DNA of 64,000 nucleotides from a virus (Duplodnaviria > Caudoviricetes): IMG/VR virus record IMGVR_UViG_3300046787_000508, positions 64,001-128,000 of that record. One strand, given 5' to 3'. Below the pieces are notes generated by a model. That model saw nothing but the letters and a program-made list of their open reading frames with translations, searched no databases and was not told the DNA's origin. Below are positions 61,905-64,000 of this stretch, piece after piece. The translations under genes and the position numbers were made by a program. Within the stretch, counting starts at the first letter, position 1. The number at the start of each line of letters is the position of its first letter.

Positions 61905-63278
61905 ATGTCATATTTCCGTTCATACTTTAACAAAAACAACACGTTAGTAAAAGACTCTCAGATTAATACCGCTAAAAATCCAAATACCGAGATATTCTAT
62001 GGTTCAGGATTTTCTAAGTATATCTTTAGAGTTGACCTTACCGATTTGAAAAGTAAAATCGATAATGGTGAATTAGTTCTAAACGAGAACACAAAACATT
62101 ATTTACATTTAACTAACACCATTTTTGGTGACGAATCTCTAATGGGACAGAAAAGAGGTACGGGTAGAGAAAGAACTACGTCGTTTAACCTTATAGTTTT
62201 CCCTGTTACTGAATTTTGGGATGAAGGTGTTGGATTTGATTACGAACAAGCTTACGATTTTACAACAGGTAATGAAACATTTGACGAAAGACCGTCAAAC
62301 TGGTTTAATAGAACGACTTTGGATAGTTGGACTCAAGAAGGTGTTTATTCTACTGACCCATCGGAAATAATTGCAACAGTACATTTCGATAATGGTAATG
62401 AAGATTTACATGCAGACATTACAACATTCTTAAATGGTGTTCTAACAGGCTCAACCCCAAATTACGGAATGGGAGTTGCATTTGCACCCGCATACATGGA
62501 TATAACCAATGAGGTTGACCAATCGGTCGCTTTCTTTACAAAATACACTCAAACATTTTTTGAACCATTTGTAGAAACGGTATTTAACGATACTATTGAA
62601 GACAATAGAGAGAACTTTATTGCCGAAGTGGATAGAAATCTTTATTTATACGTGACTAAGGGAACGAATTCATATGATTTGGATGAATTACCTACAGTCG
62701 ATGTTTTGGACTCAACCAGCAACCCTATTTCGGGTCTGACGGGACTTACAACAACAAAGGTAAGAAAGGGTGTTTATAAAGTTACATTTGGTTTGACGGG
62801 ATTTTTATGTGATGGAAAAAAATTCTATTTTGATAAATGGAAAAACATAAAATTAGACGGTGTAGACTTTAGTGACGTTATTCAAAAATTTGTACCTAAA
62901 CAACATACTTCACTATTCTCCATCGGAGCAAACCAAACAGAATTGGAACGATATTCAATTCAATTTTTTGGTGTGAAAATGAATGAAAAAATAAAGAGAG
63001 GTGAAAACAAGAAAATCGTTGTAACTTTTAGGTCTATAAACCAACCAATGTCGGTTCTATTTGATGATGTGTACTATAGAATATACATTAAAGAGGGAAG
63101 AACCAACATTAATGTGTTTGATTGGACAAAATTAGATAGAACGAATGAAAATTCATTTATGTTAGATACCAGTTATTTAATTCCTCGTGAATATTTTGTT
63201 GAGGTTAAGGCTAAGACTCATGGTGAAGAGATATACTATAAAGATGAAATCAAATTCGAAATCATTTCGGAAAAGTAA
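61905..63278 (+). CDS. Hypothetical structural protein (beta-sandwich domains)
   Basis: 457 aa; W.EG.G.DY, SNW......W...G, FFT..T.T.F.P..E pattern recalls DNRLRE-like structural domains. Confidence 0.6.
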   Translation: MSYFRSYFNKNNTLVKDSQINTAKNPNTEIFYGSGFSKYIFRVDLTDLKSKIDNGELVLNENTKHYLHLTNTIFGDESLMGQKRGTGRERTTSFNLIVFPVTEFWDEGVGFDYEQAYDFTTGNETFDERPSNWFNRTTLDSWTQEGVYSTDPSEIIATVHFDNGNEDLHADITTFLNGVLTGSTPNYGMGVAFAPAYMDITNEVDQSVAFFTKYTQTFFEPFVETVFNDTIEDNRENFIAEVDRNLYLYVTKGTNSYDLDELPTVDVLDSTSNPISGLTGLTTTKVRKGVYKVTFGLTGFLCDGKKFYFDKWKNIKLDGVDFSDVIQKFVPKQHTSLFSIGANQTELERYSIQFFGVKMNEKIKRGENKKIVVTFRSINQPMSVLFDDVYYRIYIKEGRTNINVFDWTKLDRTNENSFMLDTSYLIPREYFVEVKAKTHGEEIYYKDEIKFEIISEK

Positions 63279-63281
63279 AAA

Positions 63282-63288
63282 TATTTAT
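63282..63288 (+). promoter_or_regulatory. TATTTAT motif (putative late promoter)
   Basis: 4 nt before the ATG at 63293. Confidence 0.5.
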
Positions 63289-63292
63289 TAAT

Positions 63293-63802
63293 ATGGAATT
63301 AAAACAAATCATCAGAGAGAGACTAAAACAAATCGTTTTAGAAAATGAAATGACAGTGAATTATATGTTTTTCAGTAATATACAACAAATACATAGACAA
63401 TGTGAAATGTTGTTAAAAATGGACAAGGAAACATTAGATTCAATTATTCAAAATGGTCACGATTGGGCAGACGACCACGTATCTGAAGCTAAGAATAATA
63501 TGGACCAAGTTTTCGATTTTTTCATGAACGAAACTAAAAAAGAGGATAACGTTAACGAGGTAAAGAACTCATCTCAACAAGCGGCCATCGCTATTAATAT
63601 GAAAAAAAAGGGTGTCGAACCTAAAAATGAATCATATGGTGAGATAGATGAAAGTAAAAACTGTCCAACCGACCCCGCAAAATGGGCAGCATCTAAAGCC
63701 AAAGCTAAAAGAAAGTTTGACGTGTACCCTTCGGCATACGCAAATGGGTTCGCAGCTAAGGACTATAAGGCCAAAGGTGGTGGATGGAAAAAATGTAAAT
63801 AA
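63293..63802 (+). CDS. Hypothetical late protein with C-terminal basic YPSAYANG module
   Basis: PTDPAKWAASKAKAKRKFDVYPSAYANGFAAKDYKAKGGGWKK. Confidence 0.75.
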   Translation: MELKQIIRERLKQIVLENEMTVNYMFFSNIQQIHRQCEMLLKMDKETLDSIIQNGHDWADDHVSEAKNNMDQVFDFFMNETKKEDNVNEVKNSSQQAAIAINMKKKGVEPKNESYGEIDESKNCPTDPAKWAASKAKAKRKFDVYPSAYANGFAAKDYKAKGGGWKKCK

Positions 63803-63803
63803 C

Positions 63804-64000
63804 ATGAAAATAATAGTTTCAAAAGAAGACAAGAAGTACATCGAAGAGTCTATTAAGTCAGGTGAGGTTTTAGTCGAAGACCTTAGACGATGGTTTAAAG
63901 AAAAGTGGGTAGATGTATCTAAGAAAGTAGATGGTAAACATCCCCCTTGTGGTAGAAAGGATGCTGACGGTAAATCATATCCAAAATGTAGACCTTCAAA
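63804..64000 (+). CDS. Hypothetical protein, truncated by the window edge
   Basis: Manual translation: MKIIVSKEDKKYIEESIKSGEVLVEDLRRWFKEKWVDVSKKVDGKHPPCGRKDADGKSYPKCRPS, no stop before 64000. Confidence 0.75.
   Translation, partial: MKIIVSKEDKKYIEESIKSGEVLVEDLRRWFKEKWVDVSKKVDGKHPPCGRKDADGKSYPKCRPS

Overview
The window is a gene-dense, AT-rich 64 kb segment of a large T4-like contractile-tailed dsDNA phage, read in the standard genetic code. The host is probably a Bacteroidota bacterium. This is inferred from A-rich starts without Shine-Dalgarno motifs, a DUF4494-like gene and SprB-like modules. Minus strand, 1-47.8 kb: baseplate genes (gp6-, gp25-like), a replication block (nrdA, nrdB, DnaB helicase, RNase H/5' exonuclease, RecA/UvsX, gp32 SSB), two giant baseplate proteins, tape measure, tail chaperone, tube, sheath, neck genes, a family-B DNA polymerase and large adhesin/fibre-like proteins. 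A SNF2 helicase, a gp13-like neck gene and a small RHH gene lie on the plus strand within this part. Plus strand, 47.8-64 kb: putative head-cargo proteins (including a WYL protein and a 4x47-aa repeat protein), three glycosyltransferases with dUTPase, PhoH and a degenerate HAD protein, a gp55-like sigma factor, a gp5-like spike and further structural genes. Most interesting signals: (1) a short motif, hydrophobic-[S/T]-G-x-T, recurs heavily in exposed virion proteins but rarely in enzymes, in a genome carrying three glycosyltransferases, suggesting a phage-encoded virion glycosylation system with its own sequon; (2) a likely +1 programmed frameshift at GAG-UUU-UUU-CGC in the tail chaperone; (3) TATTTAT(A), the reverse complement of the T4 late promoter, on the coding strand upstream of about 14 late genes; (4) a promoter-to-terminator non-coding unit between the sheath and tube genes, a candidate sRNA or R-loop origin. 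No tRNA, CRISPR array, intein, intron or reverse transcriptase was seen. All family assignments come from motif recognition by eye, not database searches.
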